DNA of 64,000 nucleotides from Paramoeba atlantica. Its lineage: Eukaryota > Protista > Discosea. A model generated the notes under the pieces. It was given only the letters and a program-made list of their open reading frames with translations, searched no databases and had not been told where the DNA came from. The translations under genes and the position numbers were made by a program. How positions within the stretch are numbered: the stretch's first letter is position 1; each line of letters begins with the position of its first letter. Shown piece after piece: positions 22,287 to 33,500 of this stretch. The stretch covers positions 62,001 to 126,000 of the forward strand of contig CDRNVI010000046.1 of assembly GCA_977017575.1 (NCBI GenBank), read 5' to 3'.

Positions 22287-23390
22287 CTGTGACCCCCCCC
22301 TTTAATACGGACATATTTTTGGACATTGTCCGTATTAAAGGGGGGGTACTAAAGATAAGAAAATGACCCTGTTTTTAAGCTAAAAATTGCGACAAAAAAA
22401 GTTTCGCGCCGCCTTGCGGCGCCTGTTTTTTTTGATGAAATTGGTGAAGGGGGGTGATCTGTAGGGGAAATAAATTTTACGAGCACAACCCAGACTAAAG
22501 TGGACGAGGGAGATACTAAACCACAGTCCGGTTTAACATTCCGGGGAGAATGTTAAGTAGCTACAGGAACGTTAACTTTTTTTTGAGTTTGGTAATCATA
22601 TTCTTCAAAACAATGATGGCATAAAAGTTAACATACCTGTAGCAAGATATCTGTAACAAGATAACATACCGGGGGGTATGTTATCATGTAACACCATTTA
22701 CAGGATAATGAGACGTTTCCTTCAGGAAGTAAAAAGTTCGATTATTTTGAGTCGCCTTTTTCCGATATACCGTAGACCCACCAGTAATAGACCCCCCAGT
22801 AACAAGGATTTGGCTCGGGAGGGTGGCTCAAGGGGGGAAGGGGATTTGGGCGCGGTGAGGGCGGTTGCGCGGGAGCGAGTGTTTTTCTTTTACCCTAAAT
22901 GGGTTGCCCGGGCTGCTCCGATTTTTCATGCACTGATAAGTGGTCCAATACTTTGCTTTATATGGCAACGGAAGACACCATCATATTCCGGATAAAAATC
23001 ATGCTCTTATGTATGAGGCCGTTACTTGTTCGAAAGGTCATGAGCCACGGGTACGTACTCTTAAGGAAGATCATTGGTTATGCTTCGATATAAAGTGCCG
23101 CGGTAAAACTTATTTTTGGGAACCTCTTCTGACGGCCGCACATGGGCGCACCGCAAACCAGGTTTTTAAAGTCTTATACGGTATCACTTCTATAGCCGGC
23201 TACTGATCTCAACGAAGAGTGGACTTAGGGCAAAAGCGATCACTCGGCTGACAAACATCCCTTTGAGTCGTGCTCTCGAACAATGAAAATCGAAAAAATA
23301 GAAATCGAAAATTTTCCTTCCAAAAAACTTCAAAAGATTCCGTATTAAAGGGGGGGATCAGGGGGGTCCGCATTAAAGGGGGGGTCACAG
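22287..23390. mobile_element. 1104-bp pogo-type non-autonomous element, TA TSD
   Basis: Ends read TA|CTGTGACCCCCCCCTTTAATACGGAC ... GTCCGCATTAAAGGGGGGGTCACAG|TA. Confidence 0.85.
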
Positions 23391-23481
23391 TACTTTAATT
23401 CAAAGAACGCTCAGATAAAGCAAAAGAATCAGACGACAAAGGATACACGCAGCAGAGATTTGCACTCAAGTCCAAAAGAGC

Positions 23482-23552
23482 GAAAGAGGAGAAAGAGGAA
23501 GAAAGAGGAAGAAAGAGGAAGAAAGAGGAAGAAAGAAGGAGAAAGAAGAAAG
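23482..23552. repeat. Purine minisatellite (GAAAGAGGAA)n
   Basis: Four perfect 10-bp units at 23491-23530 plus degenerate flanks; a polypyrimidine tract on the minus strand. Confidence 0.9.
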
Positions 23553-26500
23553 GGGCTTTCTATTTAATAGTAAATGTTTGTTTAGCTTCTCCTACCTTCA
23601 TATGAACATTGTTTTTGATTTTTAACAATTGAATGAGTTTCTGTAAAAAAAATGGTCGCTATTTCTTTCGCCGAATTTCTTGAATTCGCGTTTTCACCAA
23701 GTCTTTTCTTCCACGTAAATTCAACCAGGACCGGTGGGATCGGCCGGGATCGTAAATCCCTAGTTTCAGCCCTCTTATTATGTGCACAAGAACGAACGCT
23801 ATAAAGTGCTTCATAACCGAGAACAGCAGGATACCCAGTCGAATGTTGTCAAGTGCGTTGATTTCATAAATGAAGGCCTCTCATGCTTGGCCGCTAAGAG
23901 CAGCATGTCAACGGAAGCCTTCCTTTCGTTCGTATGAGGAAATCATATGAAGAAATACGTCCAAACAGTCCACCAGCAGAAATACTGTCTCATTTGCCTT
24001 GCCCGAAGACTTTTCATGTGAAGGAAAAAATTGTTGCTAGTAAACTTTGGGAAACGATTCGTGCAACCGTGAAGCAGCACTCATTTTTTGGGCTAGCTGT
24101 AGACGGGAGAATAGACAATGTCAAACATCAACACATAGTTGTAAGCGTAATATATCGGAGAAAGTTCGTTTGTGTTGCCACTTGTATATCATAAGCGAAA
24201 AAAGGCCTTTAGTGGAGCCGAAATGTCCGCACACCTTGTGACTATGTTAAGAAGAGGTTTGGGAGACGATGTCTTAAAGCTGCGGTACTTGATGGTGGAC
24301 GGATGCGCAGTTGATCATGTTGCACGTGCCGCCACAGAAGAAGCACTTAAACAATTTTATGAGCGGTACGAAGAAGTAGGTACTCTTGACAAAGAGCATT
24401 TGTGTAACGGGGTGCGTTCTGTTGTTCCATGCGTTCGTGAGCTTTCTTGCTTCGGTCACCTAGTAAATTTAGTTGCTCGTGATGCGCTTGCTCACTATCG
24501 TCAACGTCCTTTTATGCAACTCCGCGACTCTTTCGCGCACCTGTTTTATTCAGGAGGAAAACCTAGCGCCAAGAAAGGAAAGTACTTGGGGAAAGCTCTC
24601 GAGGACCTTGTATGCCCGTACGACACGACTACGAACGAGTGCGTAGATTTTTTTCGCAGTGGTATTCCTTGTCTGAAGAAACTCCTCTCACTAAAGCTAT
24701 TTTACAGAACCATTTCAGTAAACTATTGAAAGCACTAGAAGGACTCCAAAGAGTATGTGGGCTAGATCTAAGTGATATCAAATGAGTACTTTCGTCAGAC
24801 ACCAGCTCAGAAAGTAAGCAGGAAGCATTGAAGCAACAAGGACCAAAAATTGTTGATGCGTTGCAGAAGGCTCGGCAAGTTTCCACTGTACCCGCTCCAA
24901 AACTTGGAGGCGCTACGCGATGGTGCACAGATTATTTTGACAGTGTTCAGTGCTTAGCTACTCAGATGCCAGCGATTATATCGTACGTGCAATCTGAAAT
25001 TGAATCTGGACGGCCATCCAAATCTGTTGAACGGTGCGCAAACATCGCGGCTGCGAACAGCATGGAAGATATGATGAAGGAGGCGACTATGTTCTTACAG
25101 GAACTGAAGCCTGTTCACGACATACTGAAGGAACTTTCTGACGTACGGGACAGTCCTATGGCGCTGATTCCCTACCGGGCTACTAAACTTTTACTCAGAG
25201 AGGCTGGTCGTGAAGGTTGCCCCGCAGCGTTAGGTGCGGCTCTTCGAAAACACCTAGACGGACTGCAACAAAAGTCGTTCATGTTCTTCTGGGAGGGAGT
25301 GATGAGTTTTTCACCAATGTACGTACTCATGGTTCGAGAGCATGGGGAAGAGGCCGGCACGATCACTGGAGTTGACGAGGCTAACGATCTCTTCAAAAGT
25401 GGGACACCAGTGTTTGGAATTACTGCCGAGGTTTGGTCTGAGTACTCGTCCGGCAAAGGTTTTAACCGCGATCCAGCCAAGCATAAGACGGCCTGGAGTT
25501 GGTGGCAGTCAAGAGGGCGGGATTTGTTTCCCACTATTTATGAAGCTGCTCGTCACTACCTCTTTGTTGTCCCTGTTGTCACCGAATGCGACTCTCTGCT
25601 TTCCATCATAGGATGGAAGTATGATGCGCGGCAGGCTTTTCTAGAATCTGACGTTATTGCGACACAGATGTTCCTCCGCGGTAATTTGGAGAACATTGGA
25701 TTTTCGTGAAGTTGGTTTGACAAGATAGCGACGTTTATAGACTTTTGCTATACCTGTAGTACATTTTTTTAAGTTTACTTAGGTTTTTTTTCCCGTGAGT
25801 TCTTAATGCTGGTCTTGTTTTTCCCTTTGTAAACATACAAGTTTGAAATTTCTTCCGTTCTATATTCTATAATATTATATTCGTTCATAGAAATTTTTTA
25901 TAATTGTTGTTTGAATAGTAGTATTTCGTGTGATGTCATGAAAGAAGATAAAGTGTTTTTGGTCTAATTTTTAATGCTAAGATATACATCTCAAATGGGG
26001 GGTTTAAATGAGGTGTGTCATTCAATCGAAGTGCAACGTAATAACTCCATGCAAAAGACAGTTGTAGACAATGTAGAGTTGCAATCTATTTGCTTCATAC
26101 ACAGTGATAATCATAATAACGTCCTCTGGTGTGATCATCATACACACGTATCTTTAGAAATTTTTTTGCCAAATCTCAACAACCTACATAGTTTATGACA
26201 CCGGTTGCGAGGAGTGTCTTTATGTCGCATCGGTTCTTTTGTCTGCCTCAACCATGTCCGAAACTGCTGCTCCACACTCTCAAAAGTCGAATGTAGTAAT
26301 CGACGTAGTAATCAGTGTTCGGTGTAGTAATCAGTAACCAAAATGTAGTAATTTACTACCGATTAAACATCATGTAGTAATTTACTACATGATTAATCCA
26401 GGGTTTGTATTTAATAGGACTCCGATTTTGAGCAAAATGCCCTTTTAAAGGGGGGGTACATGGAAAATAATGTGAGAGAAAAAAATCGGCGCCGCTTCGA

Positions 26501-27885
26501 TTTTTTTATCTTCCCTGAAATCTATTTTGGCCTTCCAGACAAAATGGCCGTATTAAAGGGGGGGTCGCACGTAGCCCTATTAAATAGGGGGGGGTAGTAT
26601 AAATACAAATTATAAACGTTTTGGATTTATCTTTATAATTATAAATTTATTTATAATTATAAATAGTTTTTAGGTGCTGTAAACCCAATTCCGAGAAAAA
26701 TGGACCCTTTTTAGGCCAAAAAAGCTGTTCTGCGTATCCGGATTTTCGTATTTTTCACTGCCTCCGAGCCGCTCAGATGACGCTTCACCCCTCTTGCTTT
26801 ACCTTAAATTTCGAGCAGACTCATTTTTGTTTATAAATAAGAAGTATTTATAAATCTTGAGAACAGGGTAATTTATAATTAGTTGTTAGAGGGGGGTATA
26901 CTATCCTGGAGAATATCCTGGAGAATATTTACTCCTGGACGATATCGACGAGATATAATTTATGATATCTCGATATTCTGGATTGGATATTCTGGATTGG
27001 ATTCCCCGATATTCTAGTTCGATATCGACGAGTGTCCTGAAGTTCGATATCAGACGTTGCAAAAACAAAAAATATCAACCGGAGCACAGCCAAAAACGCG
27101 AACACGTCTAGGTTGCGGTCGCGCTAATCAACACCACCCGAAAAATCGCGAGCTCTATGAAGAAGGTACTGCGATGCTCCACATACTAACGGAGGCAATG
27201 GTCGGAGTCACAAAGCCTATGATGTTCAAGTATTTTGCAGAAGTTTCCCAGCATTTTAGCACACTCACTGAGAAAGGACAGAATAAATTTTGGCTGCGGT
27301 TATGTAAGTATGCAAACATTGTTCGTTGCCGAGTCAATGGCTGTACACAAATGGTTCCTGTGGCTCCGTGTTACAAATCTACATGCATCAGTACTGAAAA
27401 CCAATCGGAACATGTGAGGGGCTGCGGGTGTGATCTCGCGTGATCTCGTCTTGGGCCTCACCCGCAGCCCCTCATGTTATGCTACCTCCTCATTTGATCT
27501 GAGGAGCGTCATCATTTTCCGGCCCCATTTCGCGTGATGGTGCCCGTGCCGCAAAAAAATATGGGTGCACGTCGACTACAACGAAAACACTGGGGATGAC
27601 TTTTATGAAAGGATTAAATACGAAATCTATTTATAAAGAAAAATACGTCGCATCAACCGCCCTATGTGCACTAGTACGCTACTTATCCTCAAACTGCCTG
27701 TTTTGAAGACGAAATGCGAAACATCTAATGGGGATAACGATAGATGTGTATACGCTTTACTACACTGACATGATACTGTACAGATGATGCACATCAGCTA
27801 GTCACTGATGGTTCAAGGTCCATTTTTATAGGGAGCTGTTTTCTTGTGCAGTCACCCGCAGACCTGATTGGAAGTTCTGTCAACC

Positions 27886-29091
27886 TTATTTGAGTGTATA
27901 CACGAATCCGTGTCGTCTAGAATCTATGGAAATAAAATCGACTTTTTGAAGAGAAAAGGTTTGACTTTCAAAAGGAAATGCGTTATCAGGGACATCAAAA
28001 TCATGAATTTGACCACGAACGCCCTCGCCATGAGCATCATAAAAACATTGTACAGACCGAGCTAATCGAGCAATTCGCGATGTGTTGCCTTTAAATGTGA
28101 AACTGTTCGGAAAATCAGTGATCTTCTTGTTCTCTTGCATGCGAAAATAATATGCATCCATATCGATTGACTGTCCCTGCTTCACTGTAAGTATACTTGA
28201 TTGATTAGAAGATTTTATAGAAATTCGTGTATCGTCGTCATCAATGATCCATGTGTGACCCCGAGTCCAGGATACCACACTATCCGCATCTTCTTCCTCT
28301 ATGTCGCATTCGGACAAACCTAATTCAGTATTAGATAGAGTTGAAAAAGTTGAGCTCATTGAGCTAGCTGTATCCCCCAACGAGCCCTCAGATTCCTTTC
28401 TTTCGAGCGGTACTATTTCTTCGAATAGGGTTTCAAGAGGAGCTTCACAACATTCATTATCCGAAAACGTCATTTCACCTAATTTAGGATGAGACCAAAA
28501 ACAATTCACCTGACTATTCTCCCCTACCTGACAGCTACCTGACTCTTCTCCAAGAACGATGGTAGTTCCTTTGGAGGTGTTTCGAAGGAATGTGGGTTTC
28601 GCAGTTTCGCTTTTTGCCATCTGGGAATTAGTAAAAATTTCATTCCCCTGCGAATCGCTGCGGACGTTAACACGTTCAGTATACGATTTATTAGTTTCAT
28701 CTCCCGTACCGCCGTTGTGTTTATTGATCGAGACCTTGTACACGTACCTCCGGCGCGCACGGAGACGCACCCACCATGGCATCCAGTGTTGATACTGTGG
28801 GAAATTTCTTAGCATAGGACGATCAAAATATCCAAGTGGATCTTCCGTGAACATCTTATTTCGTTGCAATGTATATCGGTTTTCTTTTATTTTCTTTCGT
28901 TTGCGTGGTTTTCTGTGTTCAAAACTCTCCGCCGTCTCCGACTTTGAGCTCTCATCTAAAGTTGCTGAGAATTCTTTATCGTTTTTCTCAGAATCCCCCC
29001 CACCAGAAAGTGCAACTGGTAAAGCGGTCGTTTCGGCATCACCCCGAATTTCAACCGCTTCCGTCTGGTTGGCATTGGTGAGCCAAGGCAT
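27886..29091 (-). CDS. Hypothetical protein (about 401 aa) with Ser/acidic-rich middle
   Basis: Long ORF on the cluster strand starting MPWLTN. It has a W-rich stretch (WMPWWVRLRARRRY). No family recognised. Confidence 0.7.
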   Translation of the reverse strand: MPWLTNANQTEAVEIRGDAETTALPVALSGGGDSEKNDKEFSATLDESSKSETAESFEHRKPRKRKKIKENRYTLQRNKMFTEDPLGYFDRPMLRNFPQYQHWMPWWVRLRARRRYVYKVSINKHNGGTGDETNKSYTERVNVRSDSQGNEIFTNSQMAKSETAKPTFLRNTSKGTTIVLGEESGSCQVGENSQVNCFWSHPKLGEMTFSDNECCEAPLETLFEEIVPLERKESEGSLGDTASSMSSTFSTLSNTELGLSECDIEEEDADSVVSWTRGHTWIIDDDDTRISIKSSNQSSILTVKQGQSIDMDAYYFRMQENKKITDFPNSFTFKGNTSRIARLARSVQCFYDAHGEGVRGQIHDFDVPDNAFPFESQTFSLQKVDFISIDSRRHGFVYTLK

Positions 29092-29268
29092 GTAGAAACA
29101 AAATCTCACTGCATAGGGATAATAACTAGTTAGACATACTGGATGAGAGCACTACAAAATTAAGAGGTTTCAGTATACAGAGATAACATACATACGTGTT
29201 GTAGGTACTATTTTCGGAGTAGTCGTGGATAGTACTATTGACCTATTTAAGGTAATTTAAAGCAGACA

Positions 29269-29955
29269 TCATACATTGGTTGAAATGTTTCGGGAATATA
29301 TCCGACTGACCCAAAGAGCGTCAGCAGGTTCCACTGAGGTGTAATAGTTGGAGACGATTTCTCCTATTTGAAAACCATGATTGCGATAAAAAGACAACGC
29401 TTCATCATTCCCTACTTGAACATGCAAAGCAATTTCGACTACGTGATGTTCTTCTGATGAAATTTTATCTATCGCGCCCATGAGTCTGTAAAATAACTTG
29501 GTTGCTACACCCAGGCGACGATAGGCCCGTAGTACGGCAAGCGTCATGATATAGCAGCGAAAAGGTCCATTCTTCTGACTAGTGCCTGAAGGAATCTCCT
29601 TTGATTCCGACTTCAGTGCGTACTCTTTTTCTCCAAAAGTCGTCAATGATTCCTGTTTTTTTATGTATTCCAATCTGCAGCATATAACGCCTACTGGTAT
29701 TTCGTTACAATATGCCATGTAGTTGAGCTCCAAGGAACTGTCAAAAATTCTTTCGTAAAATGTGTCTGAGTATTTCACAGGTAACACGCTTTCTTGTATC
29801 AGCCGGACGCGAAACGCCATTCGAATATCCTTCAAGGGTTGTATACGTATTTTTAGCTTGTCGGACTTAGAATCGTGCCCTGGAATGTATTCAATTTTCA
29901 CATTGTCTTTTGTTTCGCAAGGACCAGACACTCCAGAGACTATTTGTTCATGCAT
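29269..29955 (-). CDS. NAA50: N-alpha-acetyltransferase 50 (NatE/San)-like GNAT
   Basis: LPVKYSDTFY, YIMTLAVLRAYRRLGVATKL (acetyl-CoA motif A), LHVQVGNDEALSFY and NYY. Confidence 0.9.
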   Translation of the reverse strand: MHEQIVSGVSGPCETKDNVKIEYIPGHDSKSDKLKIRIQPLKDIRMAFRVRLIQESVLPVKYSDTFYERIFDSSLELNYMAYCNEIPVGVICCRLEYIKKQESLTTFGEKEYALKSESKEIPSGTSQKNGPFRCYIMTLAVLRAYRRLGVATKLFYRLMGAIDKISSEEHHVVEIALHVQVGNDEALSFYRNHGFQIGEIVSNYYTSVEPADALWVSRIYSRNISTNV

Positions 29956-30576
29956 TTCTCAACGAGAAAAGAAAAGGTACAAATTATTTTATTTAATAAA
30001 CGCTCAAAATAAGCATAGAAGAGATTTTGAAAGAAAGAAATGTCTGTACCAAAGCTGAAATGATATTGTACCTCCCGACTTCATTGTTACCCCTTTTTAG
30101 AGAAAAGCGACAAATAACTAGGAGGTAGCTGTAGCTAGGCACAGTCCATCTGAAGATCTTCGACCAAAACTGAAAAATAAGTAAGGGGGCGGGTATTGGC
30201 CATTGTGTTGGGGGGGTATAGTAATATAGAGAGCAAAATGTAGTTCGAAATATTTCGTGTTACTTTTACTTCGAATGAAATCGAAAGATCCCCTAGACGC
30301 TCCACTCCGTAGCTACGACTTGCTAGGTCGGGAAACGGTTTCCTTTTCTTGACCGACATATCTAAGCGACGAGGATAAAAACGCTGCAAATTGCAAATAA
30401 ACATTCTGTTCTCCTCATGATGTCATTGTGATTGAGGCGAGTATCCTGCTGAAGTCGATGCGAGTAATCCCACTTTCTTCAAAATATGAAGCCCAAAAAA
30501 GAGAACGTTCAGCATTCAGGATAGATCACTTGCCAATACTTCTCCCGATTCTCCTTTCTCCTGGCTCGACCATTTT

Positions 30577-33500
30577 TCATTCTTCTTCTTTTTCCTCTTC
30601 TTTCGTCCACTGTTGCCTTTGAGATGACGAAACGTTATACTCTGTTGTACTGGGAACTAGTTCACCTTCGCTTTCGCTTTCCTGATTGAGTAACCTCCGT
30701 AGCGTGCCTTCACGATACGTAGAAAGTCGGGCAAAAAGAGCCTTACCAAACATCATGTGCTTCGAACGCTCTTCTCGACAAGTTCGTATTACTTGATGAA
30801 AGGCTGCATTCACTGCTTCAGAAAGCGTTCGGGTGTGAGCCTGACTGCCAGATATTAAAAGTATCGAACGCGTGCTTGAAGGAGTCAACAACCTTTTGAC
30901 CATAGGATCAGGAGCAAGGAGGAGTGCCTGGGATAAACCCTGTGCTACATATCTTGCCATAACGGGGTACGTTTCGGAGTCGTTGTCCCAGTCTAACGGA
31001 ACTGATCGTTGTAAATTGTTCCGTATCACGTGCTTCAGAAGTCCGTGAGTCAGCAATTCAAGAGGAATACGAAGAACATGGCACGAGCTGAGCTCAAACG
31101 CGCTCAACAAGTCAAAAAAGAGGTGCGCGAGAGTTTCTGTTAATTGGGTCTCAGTAGCGTATACATAATTGCGGTATTTTGGGACGAGCACGCGAATAGA
31201 CTGGCTTTTTTCTGATAGTACGTGTTGCACCTTATATTGAGAATCCTTAGAGCTTCGCAGAGACGCAACGCTTATGTGACATACGTCGGGAACATACGAA
31301 TCGCGTTCACCTTCAATTTCTTTTGAAAGACGTTTGAGATGAAAAACGTTATCTCGAGCATCATTATCGATTGCCAAAAAAAGAGTCTGCATTTCCGCGA
31401 GGTGCTGTTCCGTTGGCGCAAAAAGTTCAAGCTCTCGAACAAGTTGACTTTGAATCCGACAAAGGGAAAGGCTGAAACGAAGATTTTGAAAAAGCGTCCC
31501 GGAGGTGACGTGAAGCCGTAGTTGGCGACCACGGAGAGACCCCACTGGTGTGTTTTCTGCGGTGTTCCCAGAAGAATCTGTGGAAGGGACTTCGACAGAT
31601 GATTCATCATCGCTTGTGTCCTCCGACTGAAAATGGTTCCACTCTTCACCCTCTTTGCGAAAGGCATCCTCTAGTGCCCCAATCAGGACTTCGGGGGTAA
31701 GTGAAATAATAATCTCTCTTGCTGGAGATGGGAGGCTGGACATCTCAGCAGATAAAAAAGGGGTCACACGAAGTTCCCTGTACTCGCGTGGTGCCCAGCG
31801 AAGTCGATTAAATAAATGTGCGTACGCGCGTTGAAGTTTAACTCGTAGCCTCTGTATCACCTCTTGCATGGCATCAGAAAATTGCGCTCCCATAGAACGC
31901 AAGTGGTGCAATTCGTCTTCAGCCTCTGTCCGTAAAATGCGTTCCAATGCATCGATGTCCAGCATGTGACCGGTGGAGCGTGGGTGTGTTGAGGAATCAG
32001 GACCGACATTTACGTCGCGAAAAATATAGGACGTGTACCGCGCAATTCGAGCAGCCGTAGTAAACAGGATGCCACTTGTAGTTTCGTCATCTGCGGGTGT
32101 TGACACATTTTCTCGGTCGCTATCCGCATTTCGCGTTCCCCCTACGATCTCTTTTACTGGAGAACCACTAGTTCTGTCAGTGGAGGATCCAGTCCCTTCA
32201 TGAGACACGAAAGAAACATCAAGAAGAAACCTTGTGTTTTCAAAAACAACCTCGTTAGTAAGCTCGTCCATTTGGTCGGTAGACACATACAGGTCCGCGA
32301 TTTCGCTAGACACCGGAGGGGTTAAGCCTTGCTCAACTTGCGATGTGATGAGAGATATATTGAGACAGGGATTCCTACCGCTGCTGTACAACATTAGTCT
32401 CTGCGGTGGGCACGACCGATATAAATCGTGAGCCGTATGAAGAGCGGCTTCAAGCAATTCGCTATTTTGACCCGCAGCGTATAGCTCATTGACTTCATCT
32501 GTGCCATAGAGGTGAGGAACTGCAAGTATTGTTTGGTACATGTGAAACATCTCCGGATCTTCCAGCCCAAGTTGGTTTGACTGCCGCAAAATAGTGTCGT
32601 AGGTGCGATCGAGTTCCAAGCGCGCATGTAGCATCATGGAAGCAGACAGATAGACGGGCATGAAAAGAGGGTCAGTCGCAAAGAAAAAGTCAAAGAACCG
32701 ACCGACGACGTGTACGGGGCCCTTATCGTAGGCTGTAGCAAACAGAGTCGCGATCCAAGCCATGGCGTAGTTCCCCTCCATGTGCCCGGAGGCCTCGATG
32801 TGCCTGGCTACTATGGGATTACGATATTCCACCAGAGGATGAACAAGGCGATATAAAGCCTGGGTAAATTTCATTCCATGAGTAAGATGCGGCCGAATCC
32901 AGTATTTTTTTAGCAGATGCATCAGAGGAATCGCGTCATCTTTGCTGCAAAGAAGATAGGGCACTAAAGCCACTTCGTTCAGCCCTTGATAGTAGGACGC
33001 TTCGTGATCGTTAGAGAACACTTGTTTCATTATGAACCAAAGATCATCCTGCTGCTTGAGATCTGTTGTGTTTCCATAGCGGCATCGGGACAAATCCTTT
33101 TTTATTTGTACAGACGTAGTGGCTTCCATCAATGATTCCGTATAACCTATGGGCCACGTAACCGTATTCTCGTACTTCAGTAGTCTACGCCATGCACAAC
33201 AGCGATCCATGATGTCCGTTCTCAAACCGGACTGAATCGCCCGATGGCGCAGACGAGCCAAAGCGGAATGAAACTGATTCTCCGAATCCAGGTTTTGCTT
33301 TAACCAGCTTCGTGCGTCCGAATTTCTCAAAATTAAAAATGGCGTCGAGTATACGAAATAGCTGCGAGGAGCATATCGAAAAGAGAATCTACCTCCAGAA
33401 CGTTCTGTACAGTTCATATAAAAATGAAAAACGTTTTCCGTTTTTTTGGCGGCTAAAGCTAATGTCTGAATAGCACTTGAGGAGATGGATGTAGAAGTTT

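Larger units (their letters stand above)
20695..23774. mobile_element. PIF/Harbinger-like insertion (TTA TSD), no transposase recognised
   Basis: Ends read TTA|GAGGGCTGAAAC ... GTTTCAGCCCTC|TTA, with GGGATCGG subterminal repeats at both ends. Excision restores the hAT reading frame for 50+ codons. Confidence 0.7.
20201..25709 (+). pseudogene. hAT transposase pseudogene: in-frame stops, frameshifts, split by a 3-kb insertion
   Basis: Fragments at 20201-20694, 23778-23937, 23934-24194, 24172-24729 and 24828-25709 occur in the correct motif order. Confidence 0.85.
19282..26407 (+). mobile_element. Degenerate hAT transposon with apparent 6-bp TSD (TATTTA)
   Basis: Ends CATACCCTGG / CCAGGGTTTG with inverted ATTACTAC subterminal repeats. 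Transposase pieces carry a CxxC..H..H finger, LAVDG, LMVDG, CFGHLVNL, TRW and the WW..FP..A..L..P..EC dimerisation domain. Confidence 0.85.
19265..26597. mobile_element. Second-level MITE (about 201 bp when empty), TA TSD
   Basis: The reconstructed left TIR CTATCACCCCCTATTTAATAGG matches the reverse complement of 26576-26597 at 20/22. Confidence 0.8.
19244..26896. mobile_element. Outermost MITE of the nest (about 318 bp when empty), TA TSD
   Basis: After removing the inner element, the left end CCCCCCTCTAATAACTAATTATAAAT matches the reverse complement of 26871-26896 at 25/26. Confidence 0.8.

Noticed and set aside
30135-30404. 89-aa minus-strand ORF between NAA50 and TBC paralogue 1
   Set aside because: No recognisable motifs; consistent with a UTR.
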